Shown here: one piece after another, positions 1 to 12,880 of the stretch
How the letters are laid out: each line of letters begins with the position of its first letter
Position numbering within the stretch: position 1 is the first letter of the stretch
Assembly: GCA_964016885.1 (NCBI GenBank)
Contig: OZ024761.1
Location: forward strand, 19,344,001 to 19,408,000
Length of the DNA: 64,000 nucleotides
Reading direction: 5' to 3'
DNA from: Eledone cirrhosa
Taxonomy: Eukaryota
The notes under the pieces: generated by a model
The model's input: the letters and a program-made list of their open reading frames with translations, nothing else
Told to the model about the DNA's origin: nothing
Databases searched by the model: none
Position numbers and translations under genes: made by a program

Positions 1-1158
1 GGTTGTCTCCATTGATTTAAAAAAAAAAAAAATTAGTTTTTTAGTTAACATATTGAGGCCCCCAACCTATCCTATTTATTTTATAACATATTGGATTTTT
101 GGTAATGTACTTTTTTTCTCATGTTTAATGTTTTTTAATGTATAAAGAAAATTATTGCAGGAATGCTACTACTTTCATTGAAGGGTGAGGGGAATCTGAA
201 AAATTAATAAGCTGGGGAAGGGGAATGATTATTTTAGATCTGAGAGTACTTTGGGAGAACTCTGGTGGTCTAGAGAATGAAAATATAGAAATTGAGACAG
301 TAAAATTATAAAATGAAGGCCGTGAATGTCTTGGCTGGCCTAAAAACAACAGATTTTTAGAGGACAACACAAGCTCTCTCTGTTGTAGTGTGTAACTGAG
401 TGTGTGTACATGTTCTTCTCTTTGTTTTTATTTTATTTTCTGTCTGACATTTCTTTTCATTGATTTGGTTCCTTTGTAAATCATTAGTCTCCATTATTCA
501 ATTAGAGGCATCAAATTGGTGGTTGTTAAAAAATGTCGGGTAGAATGCTTTTGTGGCATTTGTTTTGGCTTTCTCTGGCTTTGAGTTCAAATCTTGCCGA
601 GGTCAACTTTGCCTTTCATTCTTTCGAGGTTGATAAAAGTACCAGTCATGATTTTATTTCCACTATCACTCCCTCTTTATCTATCTCTCCTCTATCTCTA
701 TTTCTATCTTTATCTCTCTCCACCCTAGCTCCCCACCTCTCTTTCTCTCTCTATCAATCTCTCTCTCTTATCTCTGTCAATCTCTACATATATTTATTTA
801 TTTATCTCTATTAATCTCTCTCTGTCAATTTGCCCCCCCCCCCATCCCTCTTTCTCTGTCTCTCTCTCTCTATATATCTCTCTCTCATGGTCATATCCTG
901 CTGAAAACACCGGTTCTTGGCTCATCCCTCTCTCTTTCACTGAAGAAATGGGCTGCCTTCAAACCTGGTTTAATTGTACAGTGGTGCCTGACGAACCCAT
1001 TGATGGATTATTCATTTTATATAAATAGTATTTATGTTCTAAGATAGTGACATTTGGGTTCTTTACTTGGGCTTCTTAGTTTCAATGGTGATTTGTAGGC
1101 TAAGTTAATTTGACTTTGAGCTTATCTATCTAGATATGTATATGCATGTACGTATGAG

Positions 1159-1201
<43 letters not shown>

Positions 1202-2576
1202 GGTCTTGGAAGAAGGACCACTGTAGTAGAGGATGGTGGGTTTGGTTGGTTGCTAGGATTCAGTGTTTGTTTGCTGTGGTGGTTTAAAAATGAGGTCACT
1301 TTGGAAGACGGAGTGGAGTTACAAACTACATATTACTTCTACTCTTCTACTTGTTTCAGCACTCAGGCTGTGGCCATGTTAGAGCAACTTGTCTCATAGT
1401 TGTTGTTGCCTAGTCCTAGGCCAACTCTGGGCATCGAGCAAAACCTCTGTCTTCTTGGCAAATTTTTGTTGTAGTGGTCAGGGTGGTGGTGGTAGTTGTG
1501 GTAGTGGTTGGTGGTCTCTTTAATGGAATCCATTCTTTTGCAGACATTCAGGCCAAGTTTCTGGTTTGAGGTTACCTTCTTTCCTTTCATAAATTAGACC
1601 CCCCTCTCTTTTTTTCTTTTTTTTCCTCCCCATAGTCCGACCCTTGCTAGCAGGGATAATGTATGGTAAACTATGATTATAATTTTGTGTTCCATGAATT
1701 TTAAGGGAACATTTTTTTAATGTTTGTGAGAGCATAGTGCTAGTGTGACAGGCTGACAAAAAAAATCCAGTCCAGTTATTATATATAGATTAATATAAGG
1801 TTGGCTATTGGTTAGGTTTGATAGGATCAATTGACTGTTTTCTCTCCAAGCAGCTCTCTCTCTTTCTTCCTCCCTCTCTTCTTTTCTCTACTTACCTCTC
1901 TCTCCAAGCAGCTCTCTCTTTCTCTTACTCCCTCTCTCTCCCTCCATAGCAGTTGGCAGTTTAGAAAAACATGGCTTTAAAGCTAATTGCAATAATAATA
2001 CTTCTACTTCCTCCTCAATCTATCTCTTCTCTTCTATCTCTCCTCTTCTCTCTCTCTGAGTCACTCAGTCTGCTCCTTTATCTCTCCTCTTGTCCCCCCC
2101 CCCCGCTCTCTGTCTCCCTCTCTCTCTAATTTCCTCTCTCCTTTCTCTCTCAAAATCACCCTGTCTCCCTCTCCTCTCTGCATTTGCATCATCTAATGTT
2201 AAAATATCATTTTATAGATAAAATGTTTTTCATGTTCTTCTAGTTCACACCTATGTAGATTTAGCTGGCCTCCTATGAGGTTACATCCCATGGATCTCTT
2301 ACTTTTTATGATAGGAGCCCTAGCCCTCTTATGTAAAGACTCCCTCTTAGACTGAGCCCTAATCTGTTACAAGGATTAACCCCCGCCCCTGCTGCTGTTG
2401 GTACTTTTTTTTTCCAGCTGAGTGGATTGAAACTGTGAAATGAAATGTCTTGCTCAAAACCACAACACCCTGTGGAATCAAGGAATCAAACTCATGACCC
2501 TTTGGTTGTGAGTCCAACAACCTAAACCCTGGGCCACCTACTGAGACCACAATACTATTGAGGATTAACCTGTTAG

Positions 2577-2631
<55 letters not shown>

Positions 2632-3855
2632 GCTTGTACACAGTTTACATCGGCCAAATTTCATTCACGATATTGGGCAACCCAAAGCTATAATAGAAGA
2701 CATTTGAAATGTACGCCACAGTGGGACTGAACTGGAAACCACATGATTGTAAAGCGAATTCCTTGACCCCATAGGCCTCTGCCAATATTTCGATAATTTA
2801 ATAATTCTAGTACATATAAAACTGATAAGACATGATTTAGAAGATAATAAAATTTCAGCTTATTTTGCTGCTATTTATAAACATAAGAAAAATCCTGCCT
2901 TGTTTGTGATGTGGTCCAGTAAGCATGTGAGGTTTGTAGTTGAGGATATAGGCAGGATATACACTGCCTTGTTTGGCCTTTGTACCTATCTGAGCTAGCT
3001 ATATTGTTATTTCATAATTACTCATTGACATGTTAGACTGCGGCCATGCTGGGGCACCACCTTGAAGAGTTTCTAATTGATCATATTAACTCCAGTCACT
3101 TCGTTTAAATTTTTGTCTTTTCAACTCTGGGACAAACAGTTATGGACACACACAATACGCACTGTATGAGGGTCAGCTGAAAGGTTCATAGGCTGACCAA
3201 AGATTCTCTCAGGGAATGACCAAGTGTGGTTTATTTTTTTGACATAGTCCCTAGAAGAAACAATGCAGTTATAAGAACACACACACAGAATAGAAGCAAC
3301 TAAGACACCATAAATGTATCCAGTCCATCCTGTAAGGTGATCGCGATGGTGACACAATAGAAAGCACCCAGTCCACACGGTAATGTGGTTGGTGTTAAGA
3401 AAGGCATTCAATCGTAGATACCAAGCCAAAATACAGATCTGTATGAGCAAGATGTGGTCTCTAGACCTGACTTATCTCATAACACAACTCGTCTAACTCA
3501 TGCAAATATAGAAAATGGATATTAAACAATGATTAGTGTATATAACTATTTCCCTGTAAATTGGAAAATAAATATAAAATGATATATATACACACACACT
3601 CATGTATATATGTGGTTAGCTTTAACACAGTTTCTAGCTACCAAATTTTACTCATAGGGCATTGGTCAACTTGAAGCTATTATTAGAAGACTCTACTTGC
3701 CTAAGATACCACCATGTAGTGGAAGTGAAACCAGAACCACGTGGCTATGAAGCAAACTCCTTTACCACACAGCCATATCAATGTTCTTGAGAAAAACTGC
3801 TTGGAACGAAGCCAAATTTCGTTTGTAGCACAATGTAATAGTCTACCCACCAGCT

Positions 3856-3907
<52 letters not shown>

Positions 3908-4384
3908 TGTTTTGTCTTTACATTTTTTGTTTTTAGTTTTTGTGTGGTTTTGTATTTAGTTAAATATCCACTAGTTTTCTGGCCATTTTCGTCCTCTAAG
4001 CTTGGTGTGTGTTTGTTGGAGAGGCCATTTATGTAACTCGTAGTTTCTTAATTATTTTAATCAGCTACTATTTACAGACACGACTAACGACTAGAAAGTG
4101 GAATGAATGACAATTGCCTTCGGTTTCAAAGAATCAAGTCTGGTTTTCCAGAACATTCACCTCCCCACACAATACACCACTCTTGTTAGTGTTTTATTTT
4201 ATTTTTTATTTCTATTCACCCAACTGTTGTACATTTAAGGTTATATATGTGTGTGTGAATGTGTGTATACATATATATAGCCAATATATGGGAGATAGGG
4301 GAGTTCAATTCCTTATAGCAGCTGTGTTTAAACGTCTTCACTCTATTATATATCTATATAATGTGTGTATGTGTATATGTGTGT

Positions 4385-5080
4385 AAAGGATAGTGTGCTC
4401 ATGCATGGAGATGCTATAAAATAGGGTGAAGACTTTAAAAGAAGTTGCCATCAGCTACTATGAGGAATCAAACACCCTGTCTCCCAGATGCTGGGTGTAT
4501 GTATATGTAAGAAAACTGAGTAAGCTAAAGGAAGGGTTCAAGGATGCATTGAAGGAGAACTTGAAGAATGTAGGAATTGAATCCCCAAAACCCGGAAAGT
4601 CTAGCAGTGGATCATTCTACCTGGTGTTAAAAAAATATGGGATGGTGTGAAAACCTTTGGGCAAAACAAGCTAATGCAAGTAAATATTAATAAGAATATT
4701 AAAAAAAAAAACAGCTTCTAAGGGAACATGAAATTAATGGTACTTTCTCTACTTGTACAGTTTGTGGCAGAATCTACCTGTTAGATGCTGGACTTCTATT
4801 TCATATAAGAGCACACCATAGGGTACTCCCTACTGACTATAGAATATACATACCTGTTCACCTTTATCAATGCTATATATGCCACAAGGAAGTCTAAAGA
4901 GAGATTTCAAGGTTCAAGACATACAGGCAGTCCAAGCTGCACCAAAACTAATATGCAATTTATGTGGATGGCTTCTTAAAAGTATGTCTGGTCTAAAAAG
5001 CCACAAAGTTTTGTGCTAGACCTGAGCACAATAGCACAATGTACACTGGAGTGGTCAAGCTTTGTATTGAGTAGACAAAC
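4385..5080 (+). mobile_element. Degenerate RTE/BovB-like LINE 3' fragment with C2H2-like finger remnants
   Basis: FKDALKENLK motif, then CTVCGRI..GLLFHIRAH and CNLCG..SGLKSH, ending in a (TATG)n microsatellite. Confidence 0.6.
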
Positions 5081-5092
5081 AGTATGTATGTA

Positions 5093-5124
<32 letters not shown>

Positions 5125-5539
5125 AGCAAATTAAGAAGATAGAATAGATTTCTTAAATCATTTAATATCATCATCATTTAACGTCCATCTTCCACGCTAG
5201 CATGGGTAGGGCTAGTCTTATAAAAAGCCTTATGAATAGTGTACATTTTCGTAGACAATCTAAACATAAACAGCGACCTGGTTAAGAGCAAGCCCAAAGG
5301 AAAAATCGTACCTTTGAAGGACTACAATTGCCACACACACACACATGTATGTGGCCTATTGCTCATAAGGTCGTAGGTTCAATTCTTGAACCAAGCACTG
5401 TTGTGTTCTTAAGCAAGATGATAATTCCATATTGCTTTTCATGATAGGACTAAGGCCCCTATTAAAACACCTGAAAAACCTATGAGATGTAACCTACATT
5501 TGCATAGATGTGAGTTTGAAATTTCATTTTTCATATATA

Positions 5540-5736
5540 TATAGTAATAATAAAATTGAAGACTAAAATCCAGAGAGGGCTCGATAAGGAAAATATATAT
5601 CAAATATATAAGAACCGAAGAGCAAATATTTATTAAAATAACAGATTAAAGTTTAAGCAAAGAATCGCTGCTTTCACCCTTAACGGGATCTTCTGAAACT
5701 TTTGCTTAAACTTTAATCTGTTATTTTAATAAATAT
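5540..5736 (-). mobile_element. Fold-back mini-element family P1, second copy (36-bp arms 5626-5661 / 5701-5736)
   Basis: Close to the reverse complement of 60286-60435; flanked by (TA)n. Confidence 0.75.
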
Positions 5737-5969
5737 ATATATATATATAATTATGCAAATTAATGTCCATTTCAGAATAATAGTAAGAGCAAATGGCTAT
5801 ATATAAACCCATCAAATACATGTTTCCTTGTGGTTGATTGTATTTTATACACACCTTCTGATAAGGGTTCAATAAAATCCAAAAATCAATCAAAGATCAA
5901 TCAATTTACATCGAAATTTGTATTTTCTAGCATATTCATATACCTACAAATTAGATAGGTGTATATATA

Positions 5970-6559
5970 CAGGGTTATTCAAAAAGAATGAACTGATTTC
6001 ATGATGCATTGCTTCAGTTTTCAAGCATCATCATGGAATGAGTCAGTGACCATTTGAAAGAGGAGATTTCTAAGTTTTGAATGGCTGCCACGGGCGCTGT
6101 AGTTGCGTCGTTCCTCCAGCAATGTTCAGTTGTTTGTTTACCCTCAGAATGGCGAGTCCTCAGCAAAAGGTGTTCTGCGTGCTCTTTGTGCTTGACCTGC
6201 GAGATCCCCAGACCTCACTGTGTGTGATTTTTTTTTTTTTTTTTTTTTTTTCTTGTGCGGATATGTAAAAGATTGCGTTTATGATCCACCGCTACCCACT
6301 GACCTCAATGACCTTAAACATCGAATAACAACAGCGATCAACTCAGTGGATTGTGATATGCTGATACACGTCTGGGAGGAATTCCTCTTATTGCATTAAT
6401 GTTTCCCTGCAGATGGTGGCCACATTGAACACTTGTAGACAGGAAATAAAAGTTGATTGTGAATAGAATACTTGTTGTGACTTAGCTGGAGTTTTCTATT
6501 GCTTTTCCTTATTAAAATATTGCGTAATGAAATCGGTTCATTCTTTTTGAATAACCCTA
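5970..6559 (+). mobile_element. Internally deleted Tc1/mariner-superfamily DNA transposon
   Basis: ~33-bp TIRs (cagggttattcaaaaagaatgaac...), TA flanks, transposase N-terminus MASPQQKVFCVL joined to frameshifted C-terminal remnants resembling PARSPDLTVCDFF..GYVKDCVY..DLNDLKHRI..GGHIEHL*. Confidence 0.9.
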
Positions 6560-7522
6560 TATATATACGTATTGGTGCAGTCTCGGTTACACACTGTATT
6601 TATACAGATATAACTTTATCATATATATATATATATATACATACATATACAGATGTTAGTACATAACCCATTGTTTTAGGGATTGAATAGGTAATAATCA
6701 GTTTCTTGACCAAAGCTGTATATCGGGTAATATAATGGACAGGCACACCCTACAGCTTGCCAGATACTGTCCACTTGCTACAAGGCTTCCGCAACGACTC
6801 GCACTTTGACCCCATAACAGTGAAATGTCTGAAATTCCCCCCCCCCCCCCACTACCACCTCCCAGCAATTACCATATAGTATACACCCTGCTGATTTATA
6901 CCCCTCTATGCCTTTTTGGCACTGAGTGTCCTAGTGTTGTAATGAAGGGCCAGCAATGTCACATGCTGATTCTCTCTAAGAACTACATTAAGGGTACAGG
7001 TGTTTGTGGAATGCTCAGCCACTTATATGTTATTTTCCTGAGCAGGCTGTTCCTTTGATCAGAGCAAGTGGAACACCAGTTGTTGTAACCGATGGAGTGC
7101 CTTCCATATATAAATCAGAATGGATGCTGTAAAAACCAATTGGACCATTACTCACCAGAGTACTTGATGCTTGGAGTAGTAGCTGTTGAAACGGCAGGAG
7201 CTCAGCCGTTGGGGTCCTGAATCCTATACACGCACACACACAGAATGCTTTCTCTGATGATCTTATGAATGAAAACATTTTATAACATCTGTTTCCCCCT
7301 CATGTTTGTGTTCAATGATTTCTAAACAAGAAATTGAGAACATTTTTGACAGATCATAGTGTTCCTGTGACAGACGGACAAAAAGGCTTTGCAGTTATAA
7401 TATAGATTTGCAGTTTGTACTGCATTAGATATCAGGACACCAGTATTTTCGTTTATTGATTTGTTAGTATTTGTGTATATACACACACATACACCCCACC
7501 CCCACACACACACACACCGATA

Positions 7523-7571
<49 letters not shown>

Positions 7572-10129
7572 TTTACATCAGCTTTTTTACGTTTGCATGG
7601 GTTGGGTAATGTGTGTCTATACGTACACACACACACACACCGGTGTATAAGTTACAGTTGGAGTCTAAAAATATCTCTCCAAAACCAGGGGATGGCTTGT
7701 TCGGCGAATATAAAATGTGACCCTTTACCACTGAGGGGTTAACAATGAAACTGCCTGCCTAACACTCATTGTACACCACTTACCATAACTCGAGCAGCCC
7801 ACCACAATTATTTCCTACTGAATCTCATATTTGTTAAATCTATTTAATGTGGAGATTATAATAATTGTTTCTACTTTTGGCACAAGGCCAGCAATTATCC
7901 CAGTGTATTACTGGTACTTTATTTTATCGACCCCTTAAGGATTATAATAATATCAATGACTTGCTGTAGCTCATAGAATAGGTTACCATAGGTTCGTTGA
8001 GGTTAGGCTAGGCTGGTTTACTCAGTGAGTTAGAACTCACTTGCGATTGAAGTGGTGTCTTGGCCTTTAGCGTGCCACTAAATTTTTTGAATTATTTTTC
8101 CTGCCTTATTTTTTGCGGGTCGTCTTATCCGGTGAATATAGGTCTAAACCTGAATTACACCTCAGAATTTTAGAGGTTGACCTATGCGCCAGATCGACTT
8201 GTACGCTGGCATATACGGTATATATATACTGCTGTTGCCACCGCCACAGTTGACTGGATGTATAAACCGTCATTTATTGGTTTCAGTCATTAGATCATGG
8301 CCATGCTGGGACATTGCCTTGAAAGTAATTTAGTCAATCGTATTAACCCTGGTATTTATTTACCAAAAACTGGGGGGGTCGATTCTTCCTCTGTCTTTTT
8401 TTTTTTAAATTTAACTTCCTCTCTTGCTCTCTGGAATAAATCTGTCCTGGTCAAACATGAAATTTAAAGTGCCAGCCTTGTCGCACTAGACACTGTCATA
8501 CTCCATGAGAACTACGTTAAAGGTACAAAGTATCTGTGGAATGCTCAGCCACTTTCACTATAATTCATTTTATGTTGCTCCAATATACTCTGGTGAGAAG
8601 AGTAACAGCAATTGCTGCAGGTTTACTCCTGCAATGGACTGGCATAAGCACCAGCCTGATGAGTCTCTGGGTTTGAGACACTTTAGAATTTACACGATAA
8701 CTGAGGGTATCACATGTTTGTGTGAAGGTGGTGTGGCTTGGTGGTTAGAGTATTGAGCTTACAATCGTGAGGTTGCGAGTTCAATTCTCTGACCGGGCTT
8801 TGCAATGTGTACTTGAACAAGACACTTTATTTGACGTTGCTCTAATTCACTCAGCTGTAAAAACGAGTTGCGACGTCACTGATGCCAAGCTGTATCGGCC
8901 ATTGCCTTTCTCTTGGACAACAATGATGGAGAGGGGAGACTGGTATGCATGGGTGACTGCTGGTCTTCCATAAAAATACTTGGCCCGGATTTGTGCCTTG
9001 GGGGAGGAACTTTCTAGGTGCAAATCCCATATAATATTCAGTTACTTACATGATAATTGAGGGTATCACATCTGTGTAATACTCAAGTTACATGATAATT
9101 GAGGATATTATATGCCTGGAATACTCACCTGTTTTTACATGATAATTGAACAAGTGGGTGGTTTCATTGATTGAACAACTGAAACACCCATTGCAGAAAC
9201 AAACGGATGTTCAATTACCCTAACATATGTTTTCCTAATTCAACTAAAGTATTGATCTTGAAACCAATATTGTCACCATTTAACAATTTTTTAATTTTTT
9301 TTGTTTTTTCTAGCCCCTTTGTTATCAAATCACCTGTAACCACCCCTGGTTCTATGATACATAACTGATTGTTTTAATGTTTTAATATTTATCTAAAATC
9401 GTATCGTAATTTCATGTAAAAACCTTTTGTTTCATTCACCCAGATTGAGAAAGTTAACTATATTATTAAATCCTGCCAAATTCTTGGTTTATTTTCAATA
9501 TTAATTCAAAATCATAGGCATCCAGCTGTAGAAAGTTTGCCAAACAAGGGGTTAGGAGGACACTTCAGTTTGTGTCAAAACTTCTCCTCTGCACTCGATA
9601 TGATTGTACATAAGCGAGATACAGACACCTTGGCCTGCCTGGGAAATCACTAGCCCTGCTTCATTACTGACTTGGCCTATGTAGGCCTGTCTAGCCCTTG
9701 CTAGCAAGGAAAGTGGGCCTTAAATTGTGATAATGTAATGTAATGAAAGGGTTACTCTGTTTTAAACTGAAGGCTTATCAGGCTGCTCCTTTTCCCTGGT
9801 TTCCTTGATGTTTAGCGACTGGGAGTACGAGACCCTCTCTGGCCAGGATGTCGGTCTATCGCAGGATTAATTCTCCAGCTACAGCTGATAACTCACTCTG
9901 AGTATACTGGAGCAACGTGCAAGAACACAACACAGCGGCCTGTCCAGGAATCAAACCGATGACATTATGATCATAAGTCTAACACCCTAACTATTAGGTA
10001 AGTGTGTTGGACTTGCGCATCATAATGTCATGCGTTCGATTCCTGGACTGGGTTGTGTTTTGTACTCTGTTGCTTAACGCCACATAAACCGGGATAAGCA
10101 CCGGCCTGTTGAGACTCTGGGCCAAAGAA

Positions 10130-10460
10130 AAACCTTATTATGAGAGGCTTTTAATTCAAATATAAAAACTTTCATATGAAAAGTCAAATATGTTTGATCT
10201 AGGGGCAGGTTGGTAACAAGAGTTAACCCTTTCATTACCATATTTCTAATAAAAGACACTGTCATTAACCCTTTTGTTACCATATTTCTAATGAAAGACA
10301 CTGCCTATGTTATTAACCCTTTCATTACCATATTTCTAATCAAAGACACTATGATTTTCAAATAATTTTGAAACTAATCAAGAATTTAAAGGGATTAATT
10401 AATTTGCTCATTAATGGGTGTTTGTGATGTAACCCATTCCTTAACATATTTCTTATGGAA
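10130..10460. mobile_element. Older TTAA-type MITE family 2 (ends ttaaccctttcattaccatatttc / ggtatcaaaagggttaa), clustered termini; relatives at ~9310-9500, 10916-11704, 13640-13875, 19268-19490, 20570-20743, 48664-49400
   Basis: Recurrent TTAA-CCCTT termini with a shared AT-rich body; three tandem ~45-bp termini at 10223-10350. Confidence 0.6.
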
Positions 10461-10519
10461 GATATTACCTTGTTCAATACACTTGGGCGGTGTTTATTTA
10501 TGAATTTCTGGTATTGAGT

Positions 10520-10645
10520 GGAGTATCTGAGTAAGGGAGGAAGGGGGTGTTGAGTGAAGTGTCTGGGGGAGGAGGAGATGTTGAGTGAAGTGTCTGAGGG
10601 AGGAGGAGATGTTGAGTGAATTGTCTGAGGGAGAGGAGGAGATGA
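10520..10645. repeat. 30-bp minisatellite (gaggagatgttgagtgaagtgtctgaggga)
   Basis: About four units. Confidence 0.8.
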
Positions 10646-12517
10646 GATTAGTTTAATAAATAGCAAGGTTATATCACAGTTTAAAATATCTTGTTATAAA
10701 ATTAACATTGAAAATATTCAGTAGCTTGCTAATTGGAAGTTGGATTAAAATGTAAAAAAAATGTCTATAAAGCTGTTGTAATTTGTCTGGATTAGTGTCT
10801 TGTTTAATTGATACTGGTATTGGTGATGATGTTGATGATTGAGTGGTGGTGTTGATGATGGTGAGTTGATGATAGTGGTGATGATGTTGATGACAGTGGT
10901 GGTGTTTTGTTGTCTTAACCCTTTCCTGACAATATTTCTATTAAATTACACTCATCATCATCATTTAACATCCATTTTTCCATGTTAGCATGGGTTAGAT
11001 GAGTTATCCTGTTGTGAGACAAGTCAGGTCGGATGCCCGTGTCTTGCTCATACAGAACTGATTCTGGCTTGGTTTCTACGACTGGATGCCATTCCTAATG
11101 CCAACCAGATTTACAAAGTGGACTGGGTGCTTTTTGTCGTGTTACCAATATGACCACTTTACAATGTGGACTGGGTGCTTTTTTGTTGTCACCAACATGA
11201 TCACTTTACAGTGTGGATTGGGTGCTTTTCATCATGTCACCAACACGACCACTTTACAGTGGGGGCTGAGCACTATGTAAGTTTAGCTGGCCTCTTTCAA
11301 GGTTGTATCTCATAGAAAGTTTTAATGATAGGGTGCCTAGTCCTATCATGACAAGCAATGTGAAATATAGCATCATGCTCAAAAACACGTGTTGTCCAAG
11401 AATCAAACCCATAACCTTATGATTGAGTCCTAGTCCAACACTTAACTACTGGTTTTTGGAATCTGTTAACAAAAGGTTTTTATATGAAACTGATGGGTGT
11501 TTTTTTTTGTTTTTTTGTGTTTTTAAAGATAAATATAGAGATTCTAAAACGATAATTTTATGTAAAAACCTTTGTTTCTAAACACCAGCTTAATAGAGAG
11601 AAAATTATGTTACTAAATCTCTCCAAATTCTTGATTATTTTCAAAATTATTTCAAAAGCAAAGGCATTGTACTTCACTAGACATAATGGTAACGAAAAAG
11701 TTAAACCACCTCTTTTTACATATCCTACATAGCCCGAGCAACAAACACCAATTGAAGGTGTATAAGCCTAGCAGTTAACCATTTAGCATTTAAACCGTCC
11801 GAATCCGACCAAAATTTTATCACCATTTTCTGTTTAAACTGGCCAGAACCGGCTGCTCATCTAACATTAAAGTATTGTCTTCAAAATGAATAATATCAAA
11901 ATCTCTTAGATTCAATATTATGTGAGATAAAGCCTTTACTTCTAAAATACAATAGTAAATATAGAGTAATGTGAATGCTAAAGGGTTATGGTGTTGATTA
12001 ACTTAAGTTCATAAGGTTGTGGGTTCAATTTCTGGAATGGGTAGCACATTTTATGATGATTTTCATGATAGGACTGGGGCCACAGTTATTAAAACACACA
12101 CAAAAAAAAAAAACCTATGATATGCAACCTCACATGAAGTTAACAAAGACTTAACATAGGTGTGAGCTGTAACAATAATGTATGTACATGGCAAAGAAAA
12201 ATATTTACTTATTTTATTTTATTTTAAATAATGTATAAATATAATTCCTTGCATGGATGTTACAAACACTGAGATTGTCCAGGGTTACATAACAAAAACA
12301 TTCTTTAGCCATGCGTTTTGCTAAAGTCACTCTGACGTCACAGAGTTCTTAACGGGATAAAGGTGGGACTGAGTAAACAAATTTTTTCCATTTGTGGGTG
12401 GTTCAAACTGTTCTAAATAAGCCTAGTTTTTTTTTCTGGAAGGGATATTTCGTCGATGATTGTTTAAAAAGGAAATGTTTACTCATAAATAGAAGTGAGG
12501 TTGAATTAATTATTATT

Positions 12518-12697
12518 TTTACTGGTTTCAGTCATTAGACTGGCCATGCTGGGGCACCACCTTGAAGAGATTTAGTCGATCATATTGACTCTATTACTAG
12601 TTTTGTTTTATTTTTTCTTTCCCAAACTTGGTCATTTTTTAAAATCTCTCTTTTTGTCAAGCTGATAAGTTACGGGACATATACAAACAGTGAATGT

Positions 12698-12742
<45 letters not shown>

Positions 12743-12880
12743 ATGGGATTTTCACACATTTTCTGTCTACCAAATTTCACTCACTAGACATTGGTCAACC
12801 TTACGATAGAGCAGAAGATATTTTCCCCACCGGGGTCATCTGCTGTGGTACTGAACCTCAAACCACGAGGTTGCAAAGAA
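12518..12880 (-). mobile_element. Octopus-type SINE family C with internal (CA)n; partial copies at ~2625-2780, 3020-3095, 3615-3778, 8272-8355, 45620-45780
   Basis: tttcagtcattagact..ggccatgctggggcaccaccttgaag and ctaccaaatttcactcac..agaagac blocks. Resembles abundant Octopus SINEs as I recall them; not searched. Confidence 0.7.

Noticed and set aside
152-370. Possible LINE endonuclease remnant on the minus strand (also ~1370-1800 and ~23650-23880)
   Set aside because: Resemblance too weak to assign by eye.
1971-1994. atggctttaaag (MALK) as the missing UBE2D first coding exon
   Set aside because: Continues LIAI rather than RINK/RIHK and has no GT donor after codon 8; treated as chance.
5855-5890. 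Additional hammerhead-like cores (ctgataagggtt..aatccaaaa here; also ~20384-20412, and ~26915-26955 on minus)
   Set aside because: Core nucleotides or the cleavage triplet/stem I are missing; at best decayed relics.
8655-8670. CTGATGAG as a ribozyme core (similar ctgatgaa at ~20354 and ~43029)
   Set aside because: No stem II followed by GAAA; the 8655 instance is part of a SINE family B tail.
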